This document shows positions 10,626-20,360 of a DNA stretch of 64,000 nt, piece by piece. The position numbers were made by a program, and so were the translations under genes. This stretch comes from Bacteroidota bacterium (GTDB lineage Bacteria > Bacteroidota > Ignavibacteria > UBA10030 > UBA8401), in NCBI GenBank assembly GCA_005792285.1, contig SXSI01000020.1, positions 1,327-65,326 on the forward strand, in the 5' to 3' direction. Under the pieces are notes generated by a model. The model did not search any database. It saw only the letters and a list, made by a program, of their open reading frames with translations, and was not told the origin of the DNA. The first letter of the stretch is position 1, and every line of letters begins with the position of its first letter.

Positions 10626-10749
10626 ATTGTTCCTTGTTAATTTTAAATTTCTTCCTCGCATAAACCTTTCCCGACACTTTAACTTTTGTTTGTGGCTTTC
10701 TATCCCACTTAATACGTGGTTTTAATTTTTTTTTAGCTTTCACTTTCAT
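10626..10749 (-). CDS. Possible small, highly basic protein (41 aa), unannotated
   Basis: ATG at 10749 to TAA at 10626 encodes MKVKAKKKLKPRIKWDRKPQTKVKVSGKVYARKKFKINKEQ. It lies 25 nt downstream of the YHS-protein gene on the same strand. Below the ORF-track length cut-off. It could equally be a chance ORF in AT-rich DNA. Confidence 0.2.
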
Positions 10750-10773
10750 CAGGTTCAACTAAAAAAATATTAA

Positions 10774-11025
10774 TTACTTTGAAGTTTCAACAAAAGTAGA
10801 GCCATCCGAACTAATATTTGAGGCATACTTAGTGGGATTTGCGCTAAACATTTTATCGCAGTCGGAACAACAAAATCCATAAACCTTACCCTCGTACTTA
10901 ACTGTAGTAATTTTCGCATCGACATCATCTCCGGAAATCGGGCATACTTTATTAAATGCAACTTCCTGCGTTGAACAGGAAAATGCAAATAGAAAAATAG
11001 CTAATATATATAATGTGTTTTTCAT
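10774..11025 (-). CDS. Secreted YHS/TRASH-like metal-binding domain protein
   Basis: Signal peptide, then CPISGDDVD...KYEGKVYGFCCSDCDKMF. This resembles the YHS-domain pattern (CPV.G..V......Y.G..Y.FC...C...F) found in copper-handling proteins. The overlapping ORF at 10770..10988 in another frame was rejected. Confidence 0.55.
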   Translation of the reverse strand: MKNTLYILAIFLFAFSCSTQEVAFNKVCPISGDDVDAKITTVKYEGKVYGFCCSDCDKMFSANPTKYASNISSDGSTFVETSK

Positions 11026-11345
11026 AAAACCTCCTACTCAATATTAGTTATCAAAATCCATTTAATCAAGTAAGTTTAAGGGGATTATTATTTTTTTGGT
11101 AAAAGTATTGCATTTAATTACTCAATTGTTTTAATTGTGTTGATAGTCTTGGAGTTTTCTGCTCTGTTTAACTGAATTTGTTTTGTTTGTAGAAATAATA
11201 ACTCAAACAATTTGAAAGGTTTAACATGCAATCAAGAGCTTCTCCGTAGTAAATAATTTTTTTATTAAAAAAAATATTATATGGAGAATCCAGAAAATCC
11301 AAAAAAGAGTATGGGGCGTTTCCGAAAAGCCAAACGAGTAGGATC

Positions 11346-12119
11346 ATGAAAAGAGGTAAAAGGATGAGTAATAATAATTATACATTTTTAGAAAACTTGT
11401 ACGACAAATATGTTACACCATGTCTCAATGAACTTGATTCAGGTGCATCATTTAAAAAATGGACGTACAGACTTCTTCAGCTTTATGCTTGGTATTGGCT
11501 AATTTATGGAGCCTATACTGTACTAATAGGATTATTTGGTGATACCGGTTATTTTACTAGTGGTGGTGCATCTGCAATGGAAGTTTTAGGGTCACTTGTA
11601 AGTATAGCAATGTCCCTATTTACAGTTTGGTATGTTTATTCCATAGTTAATAACAGAGCAGGAAAGTTGAATGGAGCAGAATATACTGGTGTAACCTATT
11701 ATGTGTTTGGAAGCATTGTGCCTGCCTCGGGGATAATTCTTGGAGAGGTATCGGCTTTAATTTTAATTGCAACAGGCGCAATCGGACTTTTAGGTACATT
11801 ATTAAACACAACAGTTTATGCACCAGTCGGTGCTTTTTATGGGGCGTGGGATTGCATGTTAACTTATTTTGTACAATACATTCCAATGTGGAATAGTGAT
11901 GATTATACAAACAATCTTGCCGCCTCAACTTTAGGAGGTTCATATTCAAACTTCTGGAGTGATATTTTGCTTCATTTAGGATTTATGTTAGGTGGCGGTT
12001 ATTTGTTAACAGCATATTATGTTGCTGTTGAAGTTTATAAATATCTATATAAACTTGCAGTTGCAGTACTTAATTGGATTCCTGAAATTTCTCTCAGATT
12101 TACAATTAAACAAAAATAA
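11346..12119 (+). CDS. Hypothetical polytopic membrane protein
   Basis: Four to five hydrophobic helices rich in Gly/Ala/Tyr; no recognisable catalytic motif. The true start may be the internal Met at 11361 (MSNNNYTF). Confidence 0.5.
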   Translation: MKRGKRMSNNNYTFLENLYDKYVTPCLNELDSGASFKKWTYRLLQLYAWYWLIYGAYTVLIGLFGDTGYFTSGGASAMEVLGSLVSIAMSLFTVWYVYSIVNNRAGKLNGAEYTGVTYYVFGSIVPASGIILGEVSALILIATGAIGLLGTLLNTTVYAPVGAFYGAWDCMLTYFVQYIPMWNSDDYTNNLAASTLGGSYSNFWSDILLHLGFMLGGGYLLTAYYVAVEVYKYLYKLAVAVLNWIPEISLRFTIKQK

Positions 12120-12145
12120 ACAAGTAGTAATAGATATAGTAAAAT

Positions 12146-12180
12146 AAAAACCCTGCCTTTGGTGGGGTTTTTGTTTTTTT
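12146..12180 (+). terminator. Rho-independent terminator after the 11346..12119 gene
   Basis: AAAAACCC / GGGTTTTT 8-bp stem (12146..12153 with 12165..12172) followed by a T-run (tttgttttttt) 26 nt after the stop codon. Confidence 0.55.
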
Positions 12181-12317
12181 GTGATCATCTTATTTATTGA
12201 CTTTGATCTACAATAATCTTAAATATGTACGATTGGGTTGCGGGAATTACAAATGAATAATTTAATAAAAGGGCGTTTTTCAGATTTATCAAAGATAATA
12301 AATAAAGGAGGAGTAAT

Positions 12318-12713
12318 ATGAAAAAAATATTTTTTCTAACTTTTTTAAGTTTACTTGTTTTGTGGTTGAATAATATTTCAAGTGAACTTAATGCACAAAA
12401 AAAATCTTTTCCAATTACAGGTGTGTATCGCGTTAATTCTTTTTCGGAAAAGGGAGTTAATTATAAGATTGATGCAGAAATTACTATCGATGAAGATAAA
12501 ATGTTGTGGGGTGGTTATCTTAAAATTGGAAAAGGCGAACCGTTGTATTTAAGAGGAATCGTGAAAAGAGATGAAGTAAAATATAAAATTCCAACATTAT
12601 TCGACGATTCAGAAAGTATAGAGTGGGGAATTGTTTATGGTTCTGAATTGCTATTTAAGAAAAGTCCAGATGCAAAGTATCGTGTAATTAGAATGGATAA
12701 ATTTAAAAAATAA
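12318..12713 (+). CDS. Hypothetical secreted protein
   Basis: Signal peptide (MKKIFFLTFLSLLVLWLNNISS); 131 aa; no recognisable domain. Confidence 0.45.
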   Translation: MKKIFFLTFLSLLVLWLNNISSELNAQKKSFPITGVYRVNSFSEKGVNYKIDAEITIDEDKMLWGGYLKIGKGEPLYLRGIVKRDEVKYKIPTLFDDSESIEWGIVYGSELLFKKSPDAKYRVIRMDKFKK

Positions 12714-12716
12714 AAT

Positions 12717-13940
12717 TTATCGTTTTGCTAACCATTCTTTTGGATTTAGTTTTTCTTTTTCTTTCCAAATTTCAAAATGTAATAAATCTCCATCAAGTGA
12801 TTCGCCACTTGTACCAATAATTTCACCTTCAGCTAATTGTTGCCCATCTATAACTGAAACTGTTTTTAAATTTGTATAAACCGTTCTCATATCATCCGAA
12901 TGTGTGATAATAACTAAATTTCCAAATGATGGAAGCCAATGCACCATACTAACTTCCCCAGTCGCGACCGATTTTACTAATGAACCATTCGGAACAGAAA
13001 TATCAATTCCATTATTTTGTGTAACAGTTTTTAAAACCGGGTGAACTTGATTCCCAAAACCAGCTGCAATTACACGAGAGTTAACTGGCCACCGTAGATT
13101 CCCTTTTACTGGAAAATCTTTGGACACTACACTTTTAGTTATTTCTTCAACCTTTTTCTTAGCGAGACGCTTTCGTTCTTCTTCTTTAACTTTTTCTTTT
13201 TTTCTTAGTTCTTCTTTACGAACTCTTTCACTTTCAATAAGATCAGAAATCAAATTTTCCATTTGCTTAATCGATTCAGTTTTACGATTAAGTTGGCTTA
13301 CTAATAATGTTTTATCTCTTCGAATTGACGATAAAAGTGTTTTTCTTTTTTCAGTTTTCTGTACTGTTTTATTTTCTTCATATTTTTTTTCAGTTAACAG
13401 TTTTTCTTCATCTTTTAATTGTATTAAAAGTAAGTTTTGTTGAACAGTAAGAGAGTCTCTGTTTAACTTAATTTTAGCTAAATCTTTTCGCCTTTGGTCA
13501 GCGAACCTTTTCAAATATTTCAACCGAATATAAAGTTGATTGATGCTTGATGATGAAAGAAGTGTTTCGAAATCGTAAGTTCTGCCGTTTGTGTAAATGC
13601 TAGAAACGTATTTTGAGTAATGATCTTTAAGTAAATTTATTTCTTTCTCGAGCGATATAATGTTTTCAACTGTTTTTAATATTGATTGTCTTAAATAAGA
13701 TTGCTTATTATTTAGTTCATCAATTAGTTCGTGCAGAAGTTTTGTTTGTCTTTCATAATTATCAAGTTGGTCGAGTGTTGTTTTTTCCTTTCGCTCATTT
13801 TCATCGATTTTTTTTTCATATTCCAAAATTTCATTTCTTAGTTTAACCAAATCCTTTTTTTTCTTTTGAATATCTTGCTGCTCCGAAATAACTATTGTGT
13901 ATGCACAAATTAACAAAGCAATAAAATATAATATTTTCAT
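12717..13940 (-). CDS. M23 family peptidase with a long N-terminal coiled coil (EnvC-like murein hydrolase activator)
   Basis: Signal peptide, then about 270 aa of Lys/Glu/Leu-rich heptad-like sequence. The C-terminal LytM/M23 domain reads ...HPVLKTVTQNNGIDI...GNLVIITHSDDMRTVYTNL...GDLLHFEIW. Confidence 0.75.
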   Translation of the reverse strand: MKILYFIALLICAYTIVISEQQDIQKKKKDLVKLRNEILEYEKKIDENERKEKTTLDQLDNYERQTKLLHELIDELNNKQSYLRQSILKTVENIISLEKEINLLKDHYSKYVSSIYTNGRTYDFETLLSSSSINQLYIRLKYLKRFADQRRKDLAKIKLNRDSLTVQQNLLLIQLKDEEKLLTEKKYEENKTVQKTEKRKTLLSSIRRDKTLLVSQLNRKTESIKQMENLISDLIESERVRKEELRKKEKVKEEERKRLAKKKVEEITKSVVSKDFPVKGNLRWPVNSRVIAAGFGNQVHPVLKTVTQNNGIDISVPNGSLVKSVATGEVSMVHWLPSFGNLVIITHSDDMRTVYTNLKTVSVIDGQQLAEGEIIGTSGESLDGDLLHFEIWKEKEKLNPKEWLAKR

Positions 13941-14692
13941 TTTGTAATTCTTTCAGCGGATTTATCAATATCGAATTCTAACCGCGGTAAGCTTACATTG
14001 TATTTTACAGATTCAAATGAAATAGTTAAACTTCTCTTTTCATTTAATGGTGTTAGTATTACAGAAGTCGGATATTCTGAAATTTCATTTCCGTAATAGT
14101 ATTTTTCTGTTAAAACAACTTTACTTTCCTTGTTATGCTTTATTAAAAGCAATCTCATATTATTTCTATCAATAGTAAATTCTGAGATTATTTCATTCAT
14201 AATAGATTTGAGTACAACAACTGAATCAGTTGTTTTATCTGTTTGCAGAATTGCATTTTGTGGAATTGTTCTTTTCCCCGAAAAAAATAAAAAGAGATTT
14301 TCCATATTTATAGATGACGGGAGTTGAATTGGAAGTTTATCCATTTCAATTTTTCCTTCCGTTACTAAATTTTCAAACTTGCTGTATAATAAATATGAAT
14401 TTTGCGTTATAATTGCATTCCCTAATTCAATTCCAAATGGACCGGAAATATTAATACGTAGAGAATCGGGATGCTTTAGAAATAATTCGAATGAAGCGGA
14501 AAAAGAAATTGAATCAAAATTTATATCAATTGTTCCGATTGCATTGCAGGTTTTTAGCGGAAATGCTTCATTATTTATTTTTGAAATTATTTCTTCAATA
14601 GCAATATTATTTGTGTAAATTTTATTCGAAGGAGTTTCTTTTACAGTTCCACATCCAATAAATATCAAAAGAGGAATTAAGACATTCCTCAT
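13937..14692 (-). CDS. Lipoprotein, DUF4292-like (LolB-like fold) of the M23-DUF4292-TPR envelope module
   Basis: Lipobox LLIFIGCG. 251 aa. Sandwiched between the M23 and TPR genes with 4-nt overlaps, matching the gene order I recall for Bacteroidota DUF4292 proteins. Confidence 0.45.
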   Translation of the reverse strand: MRNVLIPLLIFIGCGTVKETPSNKIYTNNIAIEEIISKINNEAFPLKTCNAIGTIDINFDSISFSASFELFLKHPDSLRINISGPFGIELGNAIITQNSYLLYSKFENLVTEGKIEMDKLPIQLPSSINMENLFLFFSGKRTIPQNAILQTDKTTDSVVVLKSIMNEIISEFTIDRNNMRLLLIKHNKESKVVLTEKYYYGNEISEYPTSVILTPLNEKRSLTISFESVKYNVSLPRLEFDIDKSAERITK

Positions 14693-16416
14693 AATCCTCC
14701 TCGAGAAATTTTTTCTTTAAGTAAAATATTTGCCTTATCTAATTCCAAAGCTTTACTCCACCACATTTTTGCTTTCTCTAATTCTTTTTTCTTTGCATAT
14801 ACATCTCCCAAATGTTCAAAAACAACAGCATTGGTTTCTCCATTTGAGATTGATTTTTGTATATAAAATTCTGCCAAATCATAATCACCTAATTTGAAAT
14901 AAATCCAACCAATTGTATCAAGAAATGAAGAGTTAGTTGAATCTTTTTGAAGTGATTGCTTTGACATCGACAATGCTTTTTGTAAATATTTTCCTCTTTC
15001 AGATAAACTATAAGCGTAATTATTTAAAACTGTAATATTTCCCGGATTAAGCATTAACACTTGCTCATATGCGCTATCTGATTTCGTAAATTGTTTTAAG
15101 TTGTCATATTCCAAACCTAATGCAGAAAGTATATTTAAATCTTTTGGATTTAACTCCCTCGCTTTTTCATAAGAATTAATAGCCAAATTATTTTTCTTCA
15201 ATTGAGAATATGCTATTCCAAGTAAATAATGAAGTCGAAAATCTTTTGGGACATATGTAATTGCTTTATTTAATATGTTCACCATCGGTTCATATTCTTT
15301 TCTATCAAAATAAATTGACCCAAGATATGACCACGCATCGCTATTCCATGTTGCGAGAGTAGTTACTTTTTCAAACATTTGCATCGCTAGCGAATCATTT
15401 TTTTCTGAGGCGTAAATTATTCCAAGATAAAATATTGCACGCCAATCTTTTGGTTCTTTAATTGAAAGAGTCGTTAAATATTTTTTCGTAATCGGCATAA
15501 TGGATATGTCTTCTTGTGCTTTTGTGAAATATACAAACGCCGCACGAAAACGATATTCAATCGAAACAGAATCACTTTCGATTATTTTTTGAAGATATGG
15601 AACGGCTTCATCCCATTTATTTTGTTTCAGATAAACATCAACTAATGCGGCTTGTGCATCAACTTCATCTGGATAGAGAATAATTAATTTTTTTAAGTGC
15701 GTAATTGCTTTATCATATTTCTCAGCACGAATGTACATATCAACAATTGTCTGCTTCAGCGATTTATTTTTGGTATCTATACTTAACATTTTCTCATAAA
15801 TCTCTGCGGCTTCTTCAAACTTTTTTTGAGAAATATAAAGTTTTCCCAATTCCATATAAACTTCCCACACCGACCCAGTTTTCTCAATTATTCTTTTATA
15901 CATATCAATTGCAACAAGTGGTTTCGATTGTTCTGTAATTTTTGCAATTGTATACATTGCGTCAACATTGTCAGGATCAATTCTTATAATGTTTTGTAAT
16001 TGAATAATTGCAGAATTATTTTCGGAAAGCTGAATGTAAACTTTTGCAAGCAACGAATAATATTCAGTTTTTGTGGAATCTTTTTTTATTGCGTTTTGAA
16101 GCATCTCCTTTGCTAAATCAAATTTTGATAACGCTTCATAATTTTTTGCTAATGCAAAATAAATTGCATGGTTGTCATCCAAACGGAGTGCATCAAGGTA
16201 TTCTATTATCGCTCCTGAAATATCTCCCTTGCTTTCTTTTTCAGAACCATTAATATAGTGTTGAAGTGATTTTGTTTGTTGTTCGGCTGAAAGCTCTTTC
16301 TTTTTACCAATGGATGTCTGAGCAGATTCTTTTTGTTGAGTTTTTATAACTCCGCATCCAAATAGTCCGAATGTAAAAATTATAACCGCGATTTTTAAAA
16401 CTAATATTTTTTTCAT
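14689..16416 (-). CDS. Tetratricopeptide-repeat lipoprotein
   Basis: Lipobox (LFGCG) followed by many 34-aa TPR-like units (W/LG/Y/A/F/A/P pattern, e.g. AEIYEKMLSIDTKNKSLKQTIVDMYIRAEKYDKAITHLKKLIILYPDE). Confidence 0.8.
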   Translation of the reverse strand: MKKILVLKIAVIIFTFGLFGCGVIKTQQKESAQTSIGKKKELSAEQQTKSLQHYINGSEKESKGDISGAIIEYLDALRLDDNHAIYFALAKNYEALSKFDLAKEMLQNAIKKDSTKTEYYSLLAKVYIQLSENNSAIIQLQNIIRIDPDNVDAMYTIAKITEQSKPLVAIDMYKRIIEKTGSVWEVYMELGKLYISQKKFEEAAEIYEKMLSIDTKNKSLKQTIVDMYIRAEKYDKAITHLKKLIILYPDEVDAQAALVDVYLKQNKWDEAVPYLQKIIESDSVSIEYRFRAAFVYFTKAQEDISIMPITKKYLTTLSIKEPKDWRAIFYLGIIYASEKNDSLAMQMFEKVTTLATWNSDAWSYLGSIYFDRKEYEPMVNILNKAITYVPKDFRLHYLLGIAYSQLKKNNLAINSYEKARELNPKDLNILSALGLEYDNLKQFTKSDSAYEQVLMLNPGNITVLNNYAYSLSERGKYLQKALSMSKQSLQKDSTNSSFLDTIGWIYFKLGDYDLAEFYIQKSISNGETNAVVFEHLGDVYAKKKELEKAKMWWSKALELDKANILLKEKISRGGL

Positions 16417-16554
16417 TTTTAAGCTTTTTGTCTAATTAGTGAATATATAAAAATATGCTTATTCTCCTTTTTATTCAACGAAAGATTTCAAAGTTCTTAT
16501 AATTAGTATTCTTCATTATTAAAATTTATTATCTTAACTAAAATGCTTAATTAA

Positions 16555-17637
16555 ATGCCAAATTTTACAGTTGATAAAAATATCTCGAAAGCTAAAACCA
16601 TTCATACTGATTTTTATACTTCTTCCAAAAATTACGAAGAAGCGAAAGAGAAAATATTTTCACGTTCCTGGCAGCTAATCGGTGATACCGATAAAGTAAA
16701 AAATAGTGGCGATTCTTTCCCATTTATGATTTTAGAAAATTATTTAAATGAACCTTTACTTCTTACTCGAGACAAAGAAGATAAACTACATTGCATTAGC
16801 AATGTTTGCACTCATCGTGGAAATTTACTGATAACTGAATCATGCAAAATAAATAATATAGTTTGTAAATATCATGGTCGGCAGTTTTCATTAAATGGAA
16901 AATTTTTATCGATGCCACAATTTAAAGAAGTAGAAAATTTTCCAACTGAGTCAGATAATTTACACTCATTACCGTTATTCAATTGGGGAAAATTATTGTT
17001 TACAAGTTTAAATAATGAAATTCCTGCAAACATTTTTTTTAGCGAAATTATGAAACGTATCGAATGGTTTCCAATGGAAAAATTGAATTACAGAGCTGAC
17101 CTTTCAAAAGAATATTCTGTTAAAGCTAATTGGGCACTTTATTGCGAAAATTATTTAGAGGGATTTCATATTCCATTTGTACATGCTGGTTTAAATTCTG
17201 TTCTTGATTTTGGAGAATACACAACTGAAATTTTTAAATATTCTAATTTACAAATTGGAATTGCTAAAAAAGGAGAAAGTTGTTTTGATTTACCAACTAC
17301 TTCTCCAGATTATGGAAAAAATATTGCTGCTTATTATTTTTGGGTCTTCCCAAATATGATGTTTAATTTTTATCCATGGGGATTATCTATAAATATTGTT
17401 AAACCAATCAACTCAAGTGAATCGAAAGTTGAGTTTCTAACTTATGTAAGTGACGAAAGTAAATTAAATTTTGGCGCCGGAAATGGTTTAGATGGAGTTG
17501 AAATGGAAGATGAGGAAGTTGTGGAAAATGTCCAAAAAGGAATTCGATCTCGTTTTTACAAACATGGTCGTTATTCCGTAACACGCGAACAAGGGGCTCA
17601 TCATTTTCATTCACTTCTTGCCAAATTTATTGGATAG
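16555..17637 (+). CDS. Rieske [2Fe-2S] non-haem iron oxygenase, alpha-subunit type
   Basis: Rieske motif CTHRG...(x16)...CKYHG. Mononuclear-iron 2-His motif EGFHIPFVHAG in the catalytic domain. 360 aa. Confidence 0.75.
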   Translation: MPNFTVDKNISKAKTIHTDFYTSSKNYEEAKEKIFSRSWQLIGDTDKVKNSGDSFPFMILENYLNEPLLLTRDKEDKLHCISNVCTHRGNLLITESCKINNIVCKYHGRQFSLNGKFLSMPQFKEVENFPTESDNLHSLPLFNWGKLLFTSLNNEIPANIFFSEIMKRIEWFPMEKLNYRADLSKEYSVKANWALYCENYLEGFHIPFVHAGLNSVLDFGEYTTEIFKYSNLQIGIAKKGESCFDLPTTSPDYGKNIAAYYFWVFPNMMFNFYPWGLSINIVKPINSSESKVEFLTYVSDESKLNFGAGNGLDGVEMEDEEVVENVQKGIRSRFYKHGRYSVTREQGAHHFHSLLAKFIG

Positions 17638-19049
17638 TGTCAGAATTTAAACGAACGATAAGTCCCGCTACAACAATTGCAATTATAGTTGGCGGTGTAA
17701 TTGGTTCAGGAATTTTTATGAAACCTGCGCTGATTGCATCACAGTTGGGCTCTCCATTATTATTATTAAGTGTGTGGGTTGTTGCCGGCTGCATTACATT
17801 ATTCGGCGCACTTTCAAATGCAGAAGTTGCAACATTATTTCCTGAAACCGGTGGGCAATATGTTTTCTTTAAAAAAATGTATGGCGATGCTTTTGCTTTT
17901 TTTTATGGCTGGGCTTCTTTTGCGGTTTTTAATACTGCAGGGAATGCTTCTATCGCATATGTTTTTTCTCAATACGCAAATTACTTTATTTTATTCCCAC
18001 GTTTTTCTTTAATTATTGAACAATCATTTTTAATTAATATTCCATTTGTTGGGACAATATTTCCATTACAAAATTTCGGCGTTAAACTTCTAACAATTTT
18101 AATAATATTATTATTCACTTTAATTAATTACAAAAGTGTAAAAAACGGAAGTGCATTACAAATATTTTTAACTGCTTTAAAAGTAATTGCACTTGTATTA
18201 TTAATTGGTGGAATATTTTTCTCAGGAAATGGATCGATTAATAATGTAATAACTTCTTCGGTTACAATGCCGCAAGGCTGGTCGCTCTTCGCAGTATACA
18301 TGGCAGCATTGGGTGGAGCGTTTTGGGCTTACGATGGTTGGAATAATATAACTTTTGTTGCAGGAGAAGTTATCGAACCTCAAAAAAATATTCCACGTAG
18401 TTTATTTTTAGGATTGTTTTTTTGTATAATAATTTATTCACTGATAAATCTTGCTTACTGTTATCTTCTTCCCATTACATCTTTAGCTTCATCCCAATTT
18501 GTTGCATCGGATGTTGCAACTGCTGCGTGGGGAATTATTGGTGGATCAATAATCGCACTTTTGGTAATGCTATCGACCCTTGGCACAACAAACGCAAATG
18601 TACTTGCAACTGCACGTGTTACTTATGCAATGAGCGATGAAAATAAATGGTTTAAATGGGCTGGAAAAGTTCATCCAAAATATCAAACACCGGGCAATGC
18701 GTTAATTTTAAATTCCGTTTGGAGTATAGTTTTAATTATAAGTGGTTCGTTTGATATGTTAACGGACATGTTGATTTTTGTAAGTTGGTTTTTTTATGGA
18801 ATGAGTGCATTGGGATTATTTATTCTTCGAAAGAAAATGAAAGAAGTAGAGCGTCCATATAAAGTTTGGGGATATCCTTTTGTTCCTCTCTTTTTTATTG
18901 TCTTCGTATTTTTCTTTTTATCAACCACTCTTTTCAATGATATAATAAATTACCAAAATGGTATTACGCCTATTATTAATTCGTTATTAGGAATTTTAAT
19001 TACTTCAGTTGGAATCCCTATTTATTATCTTTCAAGAAAAAGAAATTAA
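17637..19049 (+). CDS. APC-family amino acid / polyamine permease
   Basis: GTG start. 12-TM protein with the APC N-terminal signature (IAIIVGGVIGSGIFMKPA...). Overlaps the Rieske gene stop by 1 nt, suggesting co-transcription. Confidence 0.75.
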   Translation: MSEFKRTISPATTIAIIVGGVIGSGIFMKPALIASQLGSPLLLLSVWVVAGCITLFGALSNAEVATLFPETGGQYVFFKKMYGDAFAFFYGWASFAVFNTAGNASIAYVFSQYANYFILFPRFSLIIEQSFLINIPFVGTIFPLQNFGVKLLTILIILLFTLINYKSVKNGSALQIFLTALKVIALVLLIGGIFFSGNGSINNVITSSVTMPQGWSLFAVYMAALGGAFWAYDGWNNITFVAGEVIEPQKNIPRSLFLGLFFCIIIYSLINLAYCYLLPITSLASSQFVASDVATAAWGIIGGSIIALLVMLSTLGTTNANVLATARVTYAMSDENKWFKWAGKVHPKYQTPGNALILNSVWSIVLIISGSFDMLTDMLIFVSWFFYGMSALGLFILRKKMKEVERPYKVWGYPFVPLFFIVFVFFFLSTTLFNDIINYQNGITPIINSLLGILITSVGIPIYYLSRKRN

Positions 19050-19112
19050 TAAAACAATTTCTTCTATTTGTTTGCTACTATTCATATCTTAAAAAAAATT
19101 AAAGGAGTTTAA

Positions 19113-20345
19113 ATGTTGACATTAGATTTTATACAAACAGTTGCTTTTGCCGGGATAATGTTATTTGTTGGATATTTTATTTGTAAAAAAGTTGCGTTTT
19201 TATATCGATACAATATTCCTCCTGCGGTTGTTGGCGGATTACTGATTGCTATAATTTTTACTTTCTTTAAAAGTTATGATATCACTCCAATAACTTTCGA
19301 TAAGCAACTTGAAAAACCTTTGATGATTGCATTTTTTTGTTCGATTGGTTTTGGTGCAAGTTTTAAATTATTAAAAACCGGCGGACGACAAGTTGTTATA
19401 TTTTTTATTATTGCTACACTTGTTGCGGTCGGTCAAAATATTGTTGGCGCACTTGTTGCACCTATGTTTGGTCTTCATCCACTATTTGGTGTATTAAGTG
19501 GATCTGTAACTTTAACTGGCGGTCCTGCTACCGGATTAGCATTTGCTCCTTTATTTGAAAATGCAGGAGTTGGTGGAGCTGCAACAATTGCACTCGCTGC
19601 TGCAATGACGGGAATTATTTGTGGAGGTGTTTTTGGAGGACCAGTTGGAACTTATTTGATAAATAAATTTCAACTTCAAACTCCGGGAAAACTATCATCT
19701 TACCAAATTAATGTTACAGCTGAAAATATTGCTGAAGCACAAATGTCCGAACCTCAATTAGAATCTCCAAAAGGTGAAGACAAAGAATCTTTTTGGTTAA
19801 TTAAAAACTTCATTGCAATTCTTGTTGCAATTTGGTTTGGTGGATTATTGAGTAATTGGTTTAATAGTATTGGATTAACTTTGCCTGCAACAATTGGAGC
19901 AATGTTAGTTGCTTCAATTATTCGAAATATAGATGACACTACAAATTGGATTGGTCTATCACAAAACATTATTGACGATCTCGGAAATGCGGCTCTTTCA
20001 CTTTTCCTTGTAATGGCATTAATGACTTTAAAATTATGGGAACTTTCAGGTTTAGTTTTCCCATTAATTATAATTATGGTATTACAAATACTTTTAATTG
20101 TAGTTACTTCAATATTTATTGTTTTTAAATATATGGGAAAAGATTATGAAGCCGCCGTAATGACTTCTGGGTTTTTTGGTTTTATGCTCGGCACAACTGC
20201 AAACGCTATGGCAAATATGAGAGTTCTTGTTGATAGATACGGACCAGCTTATCGCGCTTTTTTGGTTGTACCAATGGTTGGCGCTTTTTTTATTGATTTT
20301 ACAAATGCATTAATAATAACATTCTGTCTTAATTTTTTTAAGTAG
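19113..20345 (+). CDS. gltS: Sodium/glutamate symporter GltS family
   Basis: About 400-aa polytopic protein with a GltS-like N-terminus (MLTLDFIQTVAFAGIMLFVGYFI) and two Gly-rich re-entrant-loop-like segments. Confidence 0.7.
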   Translation: MLTLDFIQTVAFAGIMLFVGYFICKKVAFLYRYNIPPAVVGGLLIAIIFTFFKSYDITPITFDKQLEKPLMIAFFCSIGFGASFKLLKTGGRQVVIFFIIATLVAVGQNIVGALVAPMFGLHPLFGVLSGSVTLTGGPATGLAFAPLFENAGVGGAATIALAAAMTGIICGGVFGGPVGTYLINKFQLQTPGKLSSYQINVTAENIAEAQMSEPQLESPKGEDKESFWLIKNFIAILVAIWFGGLLSNWFNSIGLTLPATIGAMLVASIIRNIDDTTNWIGLSQNIIDDLGNAALSLFLVMALMTLKLWELSGLVFPLIIIMVLQILLIVVTSIFIVFKYMGKDYEAAVMTSGFFGFMLGTTANAMANMRVLVDRYGPAYRAFLVVPMVGAFFIDFTNALIITFCLNFFK

Positions 20346-20360
20346 AATAATAATTTATTT

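Noticed and set aside
10770-10988. 72-aa alternative-frame ORF overlapping the YHS-domain gene
   Set aside because: The 83-aa frame has a signal peptide and a recognisable Cys-rich metal-binding domain; this frame has neither.
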